A stretch of DNA of 64,000 nucleotides from an uncultured Solirubrobacteraceae bacterium (GTDB lineage Bacteria > Actinomycetota > Thermoleophilia > Solirubrobacterales > Solirubrobacteraceae), in the NCBI GenBank assembly GCA_963800905.1, contig CAWDCT010000009.1, forward strand, positions 80,681 through 144,680. The letters are read 5' to 3'. Below are positions 8,546-18,392 of the stretch, in pieces (position 1 is the stretch's first letter; each line of letters begins with the position of its first letter). A program made the translations under genes and the position numbers. Under the pieces are notes generated by a model. The model saw nothing but the letters and a program-made list of their open reading frames with translations, was not told where the DNA came from and searched no databases.

Positions 8546-9595
8546 TCAAGCCGAGGTCTGGGTGACCTTCCGCAGCCCCCGCGGCACGTCCGGATCGATC
8601 CCCTTCGCGCGCGCCAGCGCCTCGACCAGCAGCTGCCCCGGCACGACGAGCGTCAACGGCGACAACCACGGCGGGCAGCGCGGCTTCGGGCAGCGCGGCA
8701 ATGGCACGCCGCGGCGAACTCGGCGTCGCCGCCGATCCCGTAGACGTGCCCGCCGTCCTCGGCGCAGCGTCGCGCCAGCGCGGTCATCGCGGCCGAGCAT
8801 CGCCTCGTCGCGCTCGGCGGCGATCAGCAGCGCCGGCGTGTCGGCGTCGACGACGGCGATCGGCCCGTGCTCGAGGTCCGCGTACGACAGTCCGAGCGCG
8901 GTGACGTAGCACGCCTCCTCGAGCTTCAGGGCCAGCTCGCGGGCCACCGCGTACGCGTAGCCGCGCGCCGAGACGACGAGCGTGCTGCACGTAGGTGAGC
9001 CGCTCGGCGAGCGCCTCGGCCGCGCCGGCGACCGTCGAGCGCGCGCGCGCAGCGCGTCGGGCGCGCCGCGCAGCGCGTCGAGCGCCGCCCGGTCGCCGCC
9101 CAGCGCCAGCCCCAGCACGGCCAGCGCCGCGAGCTGGGTCGTGAACGTCTTGGTGGCGGGCACCGCCAGCTCCTCGCCCGCCCGCGTGACCAGCGCGAGA
9201 TCCGCGCGCGAGGCCAGCGGCGAGTCGCCGTCGTTCGTGATCGCCACGCAGCGAGCGCCGCACGACCGCGCCCAGTCCTGCGTCGCCACGATCTCCTCCG
9301 TGCGGCCCGGACTGCGAGACCGCCACGGCCAGCACGCCGGACAGATCCACTGAGCGCGTCGGTAGGCCGTGGCCACCGACGGCGACGCCAGCACGCCGAG
9401 CCGGCCGGCACGCACGCTGCACAGGTACTGCCCGTAGACGGCCGCGTTGTCCGACGACCCGCGCGCGATGAACAGCACCTGCCGCATCCCCGCGCCGAGC
9501 CGCTCGATCTCGCCGGCCAGCGGCAGCAGGTCGTCGAGCGTCGCGGCCACCGCCGCCGGCTGCTCGAAGATCTCCGCCCGCATCCGCGTGCTCAT
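8546..9595 (-). pseudogene. SIS-domain sugar-phosphate isomerase/deaminase (AgaS / GlcN6P deaminase type II-like); several frameshifts as given
   Basis: ATG 9595 gives MSTRMRAEIFEQPAAVAATLDDL...VLFIARGSSDNAAVYGQYL...GRTEEIVAT...CVAITNDGDSPLA...ELAVPATKTFTTQLAALAVL...ARELALKLEEACYVTALGLSYADLEHGPIAVVD...LVVPGQLLVEALARAKGIDPDVPRGLRKVTQTSA*. Intervening pieces (for example SVDLSGVLAVAVSQSG) lie in other frames. ATGA overlap with the nagA stop. Confidence 0.8.
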
Positions 9596-10677
9596 GCGGC
9601 CACGCCCAGCTCGTCGTGGACCAGCTCGCCGCCCACCCACGTGGCCCGCGCGCGGTACCCGTCGTCGAGCCAGACGAGGTCGGCCGCCGCGCCCGGCTCG
9701 ATCCGGCCGAGGTCGCGGCGGCGGAGCAGGTCGGCGGGAACGCGGCTCGCCGCCTCGATCGCCAGCGCCGGCGGCACGCCGATCGCCACCGCCCGCGCCA
9801 CCGCCTCGTCGAGCCGCAGGACGGCCCCGGCGAGCGTGCCGTCCGGCCGCCGCGGCGGCTCGCCCTCGCGCGTGATCACCGGCTCTCCGCCCAGCTCGTA
9901 GAGGCCGGGCGGCATCCCGGCGGCGGCGATCGCGTCGGTGACCAGCGCGATCCGCCCGCCCGCGGCGGCGAACGCGACAGAAGCGACCGCCTCGACCACG
10001 TGGTGGCCGTCGAGGATCAGCCCGCAGGCCAGCCGCTGGATCGGCCAGCGCCTGCCCCGCGACGCCCGGGCTCGCGGTGGTGGATCCCGCGCATCGCGTT
10101 GAAGAGGTGCGTGACCATCCGCGCGCCCGCACCGGCGGCCGCCGCCACCATCATCGGCGCGCGCGTCGCTGTGGCCGACGCTGACCAGCACGCCCGCCGC
10201 GGCCAGCCGCGAGATCGCCTCCAGCGCGCCCGCCCGCTCCGGCGCCAGCGTGATCAGCGCCATCGTCCGCGGCTCGAGCAGCGCGTCGATCAGCTCCGGC
10301 TCGGGGTCGCGGAACAGCGACGCGTCATGGGCGCCCTTGCGCTCCGCGGCCAGGAACGGTCCCTCGACGTGCACGCCGAGGATCCGCGCGCCCGGCAACG
10401 AGCGCGGCACGCGCCGCAGGCCGTCCACCAGATCGTCGAGCGGCGCGGTGATGAAGGTCGGCAGGAAAGCCGTCACGCCCGTCTCCGGCAGCCGCGCGGC
10501 GGCGGCCGACCAGTCCTCGTCGTGCGCGAAGTCGACCCCGAAGCAGCCGTTGACCTGGAGGTCGATCAGGCCCGGCGCGAGCACCCCCGAGGGCAGCACG
10601 ACGTCGGGCGGCCCGGCGGCCTCCACGATCCGCCCGTCCTCGACGCCCACGGTCACGTTCGGCGCGGCGATGACCAC
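9592..10677 (-). pseudogene. nagA: N-acetylglucosamine-6-phosphate deacetylase; internal double frameshift as given
   Basis: ORF 9592..10677: GLIDLQVNGCFGVDF...ILGVHVEGPFL...VLVSVGHSD...ACGLILDGHHV...IALVTDAIAAAG. The expected VTHLFNAMRGIHHREPGVAGQALADP segment is present only in another frame (seen in ORF 8546..10132). Confidence 0.85.
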
Positions 10678-10699
10678 GCCGCCACTCTATGAGCCGCGG

Positions 10700-12189
10700 T
10701 CAGTCGGCGGGGATCGTCACGTTGCGGCCCGCCTCCTTGGCGGCCGCCAGCGCGTCCTGGCAGCGGGCGAGCAGCAGCTCGGCCGGCTCCTCGCCGTCCC
10801 AGCGCGCGACGCCCGCCGACGCGGTCTGCCCGCGCGGCGTCGCCGCCCGCACGCGGTCGAGCACCTCGACCGCCTCGCCGAGCCCGCAGCTCGGCAGCAG
10901 CACGCCGAACTCGGTGCCCTCGAGCCGGGCCAGCATGTCGACCTCGCGCAGCTCGCCGCGCCAGCGCGACGCGGTCTCCTTGATCAGCCGGTCGCCCTCG
11001 CGCTCGCCGCGCAGCATGTTGAAGGCGCTCATGTGATCGATGTCGACGATCGCCACGACGAGCGGCGACTCGCCGCGGCGGGCGCGCGCCAGCTCGCGCG
11101 GCAGCTCCTCGTCCCACACCCGGCGCGTCACCAGGCCGGTGAGCTGGTCGGTCAGCGCCAGCGCGCCCATCCGGCTGCGCAGCGCCGCGTGCTCGATCGC
11201 CACCGCCGCCTGCGCGGCCAGCAGCCGCAGCACGCCGGCCGGCGCGTCCTGCAGCGCCTCGAGCGGCTTCTGCCAGATCACGATCAGCACGCCGGCCACC
11301 TGGCCGTCGCGCAGCACCGGCTCGAACACGGCCGAGCGGGCGCCGGTGGCCTCCACGAGCGGCGCGGCCAGCGCGGGGTGCGTGCGCGCGTCGGCGACGA
11401 AGTAGGTCTCCTTGGAGGTGAACGCGCGGCCGGGGCCGGACGGCGTGTCGCCGCGCGGCTGGATCGTCACCGGCGCGATCTCCACGCCGGCCATGGCGGT
11501 CGAGACGAAGTCGCGGCCGGCGGGCTCGAGCAGGAAGGCGACCGGCGCCCCGGCGACCTCGCAGGCCGCCTCGCAGACCGCGGTGCGCGCGTCGTCGGCG
11601 GCGGCCAGCGCCTTGGCCACGCGGCCGACCGCGCCCATCCCGCGCGCCTGGTCGCGCAGCATGTCGTTGAAGCGCCGCAGGTCGCGCTCGTTGCTCTCGC
11701 GCTCGAGCTCGGAGGCGAGCACGCGCGCGAGCATCAGGAACAGCTGCTCGTCGGCGTCCGTGAACGGCTGCGACCGAGTGGCGCAGCGCGGCGAGCGAGC
11801 CGACGCGCGTGCCGTCGGACAGCTCGAGCGGCACGCCGAGGTAGGCGCGGGCGCCGACGCGCTCCTGCATCGGCAGCGCCGAGTAGATCGGGTGGCGGCC
11901 GACCTCGTTGCACATCCGCGGCGCGCGGTCCTCGGCCATGTGCGAGTCGAAGGCGTCGCCGAGCGGGATCGCGAGGTTCGAGCGCAGGCCGACGCCGGAG
12001 CCGTTGCGGGCGTCGACGATGCGGTGGATGAACTGCGCGCGGTCGAGGTGCGCGAGGTAGAGCACGGACTCCGGGAGGTGGCGCTCGAGCAGGTCGAGCA
12101 CCGAGCGGGTGGCGTCGGCGAACGACCGGTAGGTCGTCGTGCGTGGCGGCCGCCGCCGCCTGGATCGCGCTCGTGTCCACGACGGCCAT
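10700..12189 (-). pseudogene. GAF-GAF-GGDEF diguanylate cyclase; 2 frameshifts as given
   Basis: ATG 12189 gives MAVVDTSAIQAAAAATHDD. A frame change near 12133 gives YRSFADATRSVLDLLERHLPESVLYLAHLDRAQF...AYLGVPLELSDGTRVGSLAAL (GAF). A frame change near 11745 leads into ORF 10700..11734, with a second GAF and the GGDEF domain (ALTDQLTGLVTRRVWDEEL...VVAIVDIDHMSAFNMLRGEREGDRLI...LARLEGTEFGVLLP). Confidence 0.8.
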
Positions 12190-12249
12190 TGTCGACGCTC
12201 CCCGCGCAGACCTCAAATCAGCAATCCGTCTAGGGTCTCGCACCTGTCG

Positions 12250-13050
12250 ATGCGGCTGGCCACCTTCATCCCACCCGGCGCGCGACGGAGCCGCGCGCCG
12301 GCGAGGTGCGCGGCGAGGAGGTCGTGAGCTTCGACGCCGGCACGGTCGTGCGACCGCCTGGCGTCGGGCGACCGCTCGCCCGCCGCCGGCGCCGGCCTAC
12401 CCGCTCGCCGACGTGACGCTGCTGGCTCCCGTCCCGCGCCCGCGCGCGATCTTCGGCATCGGCCGCAACTACGCGGCGCACGCCGCCGAGCTCGGCAACG
12501 AGCTGCCCGAGAAGCCGATGGTGTTCATGAAGCTGCCGACCTCGAGCGTGCCGCCCTCCGGCCCGGTCCGCTGCCCGGCGGTCGTCGCAGGAGCTCGACT
12601 ACGAGGCCGAGCTGGTCGTGGTGATCGGCGCAGGACGGCAGGATCGGCGGCTGGGCGGTCGGCGACGACGTCAGCGCCCGCGACCTCCAGCGCAGCGAGG
12701 AGCAGTGGACGCGCGCCAAGGGCTTCGACACCGCGTGCCCGTGGGGGCCGTGGATCACGACCGCCGACGAGCTGCCCGACGCGGTCGGCCTGCGGATCGG
12801 CTCATGGGTCAACGGCGAGCAGCGCCAGGACGCGAACACCGACCAGCTGATCTTCGGGCCGCAGCAGCTCGTCGACTTCATCGCCGAGACGATCACGCTC
12901 GAGCCGGGCGACATCATCCTCACCGGCACGCCCGACGGCGTCGGCATGGCCTTCGACCCGCCGCGCTACCTCGAGCCCGGCGACGTCGTGCGGATCGAGA
13001 TCGAGCGCCTCGGCTCGATCGAGCACGAAGTGCTCAGTGCTCGTGGATGA
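12250..13050 (+). pseudogene. Fumarylacetoacetate hydrolase (FAH)-family protein; about 3 frameshifts as given
   Basis: ATG 12250 gives MRLATFIPPG. Family-typical pieces lie in three frames: LLAPVPRPRAIFGIGRNYAAHAAELGNELPEKPMVFMKLPTS, ELDYEAELVVVIG, and WTRAKGFDTACPWGPWITT...GEQRQDANTDQLIFGPQQLVDFIAETITLEPGDIILTGTPDGVG...[21 protein letters not shown]. Stop TGA 13048-13050. Confidence 0.8.
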
Positions 13051-13616
13051 CGCGGTCGATCAGCCCGTACTCGGCGCGCCTGATCGGCCGTGAAGAAGCG
13101 GTCGCGCTCCATGGCGGTGTGGACCTCTTCCTCGGGCTGCCCCGTGTGCTTCGCGTAGATCTCGTCGACGCGCTTGCGCGTCTTGAGGATCTCCCGGGCG
13201 TGGATCTCGATGTCCGTCGACTGGCCCTCGAAGCCGGCTGACGGCTGGTGGATGAGGATGCGCGAGTTCGGCAGCGACATCCGCTTGCCCTTCGCCCCGC
13301 CGGCCAGCAGCAGCGAGCCCATCGACATCGCGATCCCGACGCACATCGTCGCCACGTCGGGCTTGATGAACTGCATCGTGTCGTAGATCGCCAGGCCGGC
13401 GTAGATCGAGCCGCCCGGCGAGTTGATGTAGATCGAGATGTCCTTGTCGGGGTCCTGCGACTCGAGGTGCAGGAGCTGGGCGACGATCAGGTTGGCCACC
13501 TGGTCGTCGACCGCGCTGCCGAGGAAGATGATGCGCTCGTTGAGGAGGCGCGAGAAGATGTCGAACTCGCGCTCGCCGCGGGCCGTGCGCTCGATGACCA
13601 TCGGGACCAGAGGCAT
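13034..13616 (-). pseudogene. clpP: ATP-dependent Clp protease proteolytic subunit; C-terminal frameshift as given
   Basis: ORF 12966..13616: [81 protein letters not shown]...ILIHQPS. After ...[10 protein letters not shown] the expected ...[11 protein letters not shown] is in another frame (stop at 13034-13036). Convergent 17-nt overlap with the FAH gene. Confidence 0.9.
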
Positions 13617-13698
13617 GGCGGCTGATACTAGACGGAGATCGCACGGGGGCCCGCCCTAGCGGCGGAGAACGTGCGGAGCGTCCCCCGCTAGGGCACCC

Positions 13699-14262
13699 CT
13701 AGGCGGCGGCCGGTGTGCGGCGCCGCAGGCGCCCGAGCAGGCGCTCGATGCGGCGGCCGACCCGGCGGCGGTCCAGGTGCAGCGTGTCGGCGACGTCGCC
13801 GGCCGACGTGCCGTCGACCAGCATGGCCAGCAGCGCCAGGTCCTCGGGCTCGATCAGGTGGGCGGCGGCGTCCAGCTCCTCGCGGTCGAGCGGCGGGAGC
13901 GCGAGCCCGCCGCGCGCGACGACGCGGATCGCCTCGAACAGCTCGGCCGGCTCGGCCGCCTTGTCGACCAGCCCGTCGGCCCCGGCCACGCGCGCCATCA
14001 GCGCGTCCATCTCGGACGTGTAGATGATCACCCGCGGCGCGTGCGGCAGCGCCTTCAGCCGCCGGCACAGCGCCAGCCCGTCGCCGTCGAGCAGGTGGTG
14101 CTCGAGCAGGACGACGTTCGGGCGCAGGCGGTCGACGAGCTCGAACCCGTCGTCGGCGCCGGTGGCGGCGCCGACCGGGACGAGGCCGGGCTCGGTGCGG
14201 AGCAGCATCGTGAGCCCCGCGCGGACCGCCGGCTGGGGGTCGACGATGGCTACGCGGGTCAC
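13699..14262 (-). CDS. Response regulator (REC domain plus C-terminal sigma-70 region-4/LuxR-like HTH)
   Basis: ORF 13699..14328. Likely GTG start at 14262 (VTRVAIVDPQPAVRAGLTMLL...NVVLLEHHLLDGDGLALCRRLK...PRVIIYTS). C-terminal LALLAMLVDGTSAGDVADTLHLDRRRVGRRIERLLGRL. No cognate kinase is adjacent. Confidence 0.8.
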   Translation of the reverse strand: MTRVAIVDPQPAVRAGLTMLLRTEPGLVPVGAATGADDGFELVDRLRPNVVLLEHHLLDGDGLALCRRLKALPHAPRVIIYTSEMDALMARVAGADGLVDKAAEPAELFEAIRVVARGGLALPPLDREELDAAAHLIEPEDLALLAMLVDGTSAGDVADTLHLDRRRVGRRIERLLGRLRRRTPAAA

Positions 14263-14372
14263 GCGCTGGACCCTTCCAACCAGGGCTGAACCGTGCGTAA
14301 AGGATTCGTGAGCCACGTCTTCATCCAAGCATGCGTCCTGGTCGGATCTTGTGAACGCATAGGGTTCGCGAA

Positions 14373-16679
14373 ATGCGGAGGAGAATCCTCGCGGCCGTCA
14401 CGGTCATGACCGTGCTCGCCGCCCCCGCGGCCGCCCAGGCCGCCAAGAAGAGCTACCGCGCCGAGGTGCGGCGGACGACGGGCGGCTGGGCCCACGTGAA
14501 GGCGGCGAACTACGGGTCGCTGGGCTTCGGCTACGGCTACGCGTACGCGCAGGACCAGCTGTGCGAGCTGGCCGACATCGTGGTCACCGTCAACGCGCAG
14601 CGCTCGCGCTACTTCGGGCCTGAGGACGGCAACCTCGAGTCGGACTTCTTCTTCCAGCGGATCAAGGACATGCGCACGGTGCAGAAGCTCGTGCGCCGCA
14701 AGCCGCCGCACGGCCCGTCCAAGGCGGCGCGCGACACGATCAAGGGCTTCGCCGCCGGCTACAACGCGTACCTGAAGCGCACGGGCCGCGACAAGCTGCC
14801 CGATCCCACCTGCCGCGGCAAGCGCTGGGTGCGCCCGATCACCGCGCTCGACATGTACCGGCGCATCTACCAGCTGGGGCTGCGCGCCAGCTCGGCGAAC
14901 TTCCGCAACGAGATCGTGGCCGCCGAGCCGCCGCGCGGCAACGCGAGCGCCGCCCGCGCGGTCGACCCGCAGGCGTTCAACCGCCGCCTCGGCGCCGAGT
15001 CGCTGGGCTCCAACGGCCTCGGCATCGGCCGCGACGGCGCCAACGGCGAGCGCGCGCTGCTGCTCAGCAACACGCACTTCCCGTGGAGCGGCTCGGAGCG
15101 CTGGTACGAGGTGCACCTGACGATCCCCGGCAAGCTGAACGTGATCGGCGCCGCGCTCCAGGGCGTGCCGGTGGTCAACCTCGGCTTCACGCGCGGGGTC
15201 GCGTGGACCCACACCGTCTCCACGGCCCGGCGCTTCACCCCGTACGAGCTGGACCTCCGCCGCGGGCGCCCGACCGAGTACGTGGTCGACGGCCGCAACG
15301 TGAAGATGCGCAAGCGGACGGTGCGGGTCCGCGTGGGCGGCGGCGTGCGCCGGCACACCTTCTACGAGACGCGCTGGGGGCCGGTGTTCTCGTTCGACCT
15401 GGCGGGCCTGACTTGGGGGACCGAGCACGCCTACGCGCTCGCCGACGTCAACGCCGACAACTTCCGGCTCGTCAACCAGTGGGAGCAGTACGACCGCGCG
15501 CAGTCGGTCGCGCGACCTACGGCGCGCCAACCGGCGCGTGCAGGGCAACCCGTGGACGAACACGATCGCCGCCGACTCGGCCGGCAACGCGTACTACTCG
15601 GACGAGTCGGTGGTGCCGAACGTCGACGCCGACCTCCAGTCGCGCTGCTCCTCCGACAACCCGATCACGCCGCTGCTGCTCTCGCAGGGCGTGGTCCTGC
15701 TCGACGGCTCGCGCGTCGCGGTGCCGCTGGAAGAACGACCGCGACGCGGTGGCGAAGGGCATCATCGGCCCGGGCGGGCTGCCGCGCGCGACGCGCACGG
15801 ACTACGTGGAGAACTCCAACGACTCCTACTGGCTGCCGAGCGCGCGCTTCCGGCTCGACGGCTTCCCGCGCATCATCGGCGGCGAGGGGACGCAGCGGCT
15901 GCTGCGCACGCGGCTCGCGATGACGCTGGCCGAGCAGCGGCTGGCGGGCACCGACGGCCTCGGGCCGCCCGGCTTCACGCTCCCGACGCTCCAGGCCGTG
16001 ATGTTCGGCAACCGCAACCTGAGCGCCGAGCTGGCGCGCGACTCGACGGTCTCGGCCTGCCAGGCGAGCGGGCGGGCGGACCTCGCCGAGGCGTGCACGG
16101 TGCTGGCCGCGTGGGACACGCGGTCGGACATCGGCTCGCGCGGCGCCGTGCTGTGGCGCGAGTACTGGTCTGCGGCTGTCGGGAGCCGGCGTGCCGTGGA
16201 CGACCGCGTACGACCCGGCCGATCCGGTCAACACGCCGCGCGGGCTCGATCCCGCGAGCCCGGCGATCATCACGGCGCTGACCGGGGCGGTCGAGGACCT
16301 GCGCGCGAAGGGCATCGCGCTCGACGTGCCGCTCGGCGATCTCCAGGCCGAGCCGCGCGGGAGCGAGCGGATCCCGATCCACGGCTGCAGCGAGAGCGAG
16401 GGCTGCTTCAACATCGTCACCACCGACCGCGACGCCCAGGGCCGCTACGACCCGCGCACCGGCGCCTCGTTCATCATGACCGCGGCGTTCGACCCGAACG
16501 GCGTGCCGCGCGGTGAGGCGGTCCTCTCGTACTCGCAGTCGGAGAACCCGGAGTCGCCGCACTACGCGGACCAGACGCGGCTGTTCTCGCAGAAGCAGTG
16601 GCTGCCGATGCGCTTCACCGAGGCGCAGATCCGCAGCGACCCGGAGTACGAGCGGACGGTGGTGACCGGGCGCAGATGA
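14373..16679 (+). pseudogene. Penicillin/acyl-homoserine-lactone acylase (Ntn-hydrolase, peptidase S45; PvdQ-like); 3 frameshifts as given
   Basis: Signal peptide MRRRILAAVTVMTVLAAPAAAQA. Alpha chain ...GFGYGYAYAQDQLCELADIV.... Beta-chain nucleophile context GAESLGSNGLGIGRDG...LLLSNTHFPWSGSERWYEVHL. Then QGNPWTNTIAADSAGNAYYSD (ORF 15538 frame), YVENSNDSYWLP (ORF 15083 frame) and ...SYSQSENPESPHYADQTRLFSQKQWLPMRF...* (ORF 16191..16679). Frame switches near 15515, 15722 and 16185. Confidence 0.85.
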
Positions 16680-17496
16680 GCGAGAAGGCGCGCGGCGTCG
16701 CGCTTGTCGTCGCCGCCGTCAGCTCGCTCCAGTTCGGGGCCGGGTTCGCCGTCACGCTGTTCGACGAGCTCGGCCCCGCGGGGGCGGCCTTCCTGCGCCT
16801 CTCGATCGCCGCCGTCGTGCTGGTGGCGATCTGGCGGCCGCGGCCGCACGGCGAGCTCGGGCTCGCCGCGGCCTTCGGGGTCACGCTCGGCCTGATGAAC
16901 CTCTGCATCTACGAGGCGATGGACCGCATCCCGTTGGGCATCGCGGTCACGATCGAGTTCTGGGGGCCGCTCGCCGTCGCGGTGGTCGGCTCGCGGCGGC
17001 CGCTCGACCTGCTGTGGGTGGCGCTCGCCGCCGCCGGCATCGTCCTGCTCGCCGATCCGGGCGGCTCGCTCGACACCGTGGGCGTCGCCTTCGCGATCGC
17101 CGCCGGCGGCCTGTGGATCGGCTACATCCTCCTGTCGGCGCGGGTCGGCGCGGTGTACCCGGGCGGGACCGGGCTGGCGATCGCGATGGTCTTCGGGGCG
17201 CTGGTCACGCTGCCCTTCGGCGTCGGAACCGACCTGCTCGCCCCGGAGATGCTGGCCGCCGGCGCCGTGGTCGCGCTCGCGTCGTCGGTGATCCCGTACT
17301 CGTTCGAGCTCGAGGCGCTGCGGCGCCTGCCGGCGCGCGTGTTCGGCGTGCTGATGTCGTTGGAGCCCGCGGTCGCCGCGCTCGCCGGGCTCGTCGTGCT
17401 CGGGCAGGCGCTGGCGCTGACGAGTGGGTGGCGATCGGGCTGGTGGTGGTGGCGAGCGCCGGCATCACCGCGGAAACGTCAACTGCGGCTGGGTAG
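16676..17496 (+). pseudogene. EamA/DMT-family transporter (RhtA-like exporter); 1 frameshift near 17420
   Basis: ATG 16676 overlaps the acylase stop (ATGA). MSEKARGVALVVAAVSSLQFGAGFAVTLF...GLMNLCIYEAMDRIPLGIAVTIEFWGPLAVAVV...SSVIPYSFELEALRRLPARVFGVLMSLEPAVAALAGLVVLGQAL, then WVAIGLVVVASAGITAETSTAAG* in the frame of ORF 17014..17496. The last 8 codons and the stop lie inside the repeat at 17473. Confidence 0.8.
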
Positions 17497-17640
17497 GGGG
17501 AGCGGGGAGGCCGGCGGAGCCGGTTTCCTTCGTCGAATCCTGCCTGGGGGTCGGATAGCGACCCCTATCCAGGACTCGACGTCGAACTCCACCGCCCGGC
17601 TGGCTCCCTCACTCCCCCACCCAGCGCAGTTGACGTTTCC
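17473..17640. repeat. TIR-bounded palindromic intergenic element (MITE/REP-like), reference copy
   Basis: Ends GAAACGTCAACTGCGGCTGGGTAGGGG (17473-17499) and CCCCACCCAGCGCAGTTGACGTTTCC (17615-17640). Central hairpin CCTGGGGGTCGGATAGCGACCCCTATCCAGG. About 88% identical by eye to the reverse complement of 44165..44298. Confidence 0.8.
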
Positions 17641-17826
17641 CCTCATCCGCGGGATGGAGTCACAGCCGGGCCGCACCTACCGTCGCGGCCATGACCTACG
17701 TCCTCGAACGCAACCAAGACGAGTACGAGCGCATGCGCCGGCAGGCGCTGATGTGGGCGCGGCGGTCGACGATCGCGATCGCCGAGCGCGCCGCCGACCT
17801 CATCCGCGCCTGAGGACTAACGTCCC

Positions 17827-18392
17827 ATGCCTGTTCGAGCTCAACGTCCCGAACGTCCTGACGGTCGTCCGGATCCTGCTGATCCCGGTGCTCATCGCCC
17901 TGCTCCTGTCGGAGTTCGCGAGCGACACGCTGGCCGCCGGCGTGTTCATCCTCGCGAGCGTCACCGACGCGCTCGACGGCTGGCTGGCCCGCCGCCACAA
18001 GAAGCGAGTCGAACTTCGGCAAGCTGATGGACCCGCTGGCCGACAAGCTGCTGGTCACCAGCGCGCTCGTCTCGCTCGTCGCGCTCGACCGGCTACAGGC
18101 CTGGGTGGCGATGGTGATCATCGCGCGCGAGTTCGCCGTCACCGGCCTGCGCCAGCTGGCGGTCGAGCAGGGGCACGTGCTCGCCGCGAACACGTGGGGG
18201 AAGGTCAAGACCGTCCTCCAGATCGCGATGGTGCTCGCGCTCATCACGGTCGACGGGTCGCCGGCGTGGGTCGACGCGCTCGTCTACGTGACCGTCGCCG
18301 TCACCGTCTACTCGGGCGCCGACTACTTCTTCGGCTTCCGCGCGCTGATCAACGCAAGACAAGCGAGTGCTCGGGCAGCCAGCCGACAGTGA
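17827..18392 (+). pseudogene. pgsA: CDP-diacylglycerol--glycerol-3-phosphate 3-phosphatidyltransferase; about 2 frameshifts as given
   Basis: LFELNVPNVLTVVRILLIPVLIALLL...ILASVTDALDGWLARRHK (frame of ORF 16598..18511), then FGKLMDPLADKLLVTSALVSLV...MVIIAREFAVTGLRQLA... (ORF 18027..18392). CDP-alcohol phosphatidyltransferase motif DGxxARx8GxxxDxxxD. The ATG at 17827 is one nt out of frame with the first segment. Confidence 0.8.

Noticed and set aside
17691-17813. A 40-aa ORF (MTYVLERNQDEYERMRRQALMWARRSTIAIAERAADLIRA*) between the repeat element and pgsA. It resembles the N-terminal approx 40 residues of some SAM-dependent methyltransferases.
   Set aside because: It is too short and the resemblance is only impressionistic. 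There is no RBS. It could be a truncated remnant or noise. Not reported as a feature.
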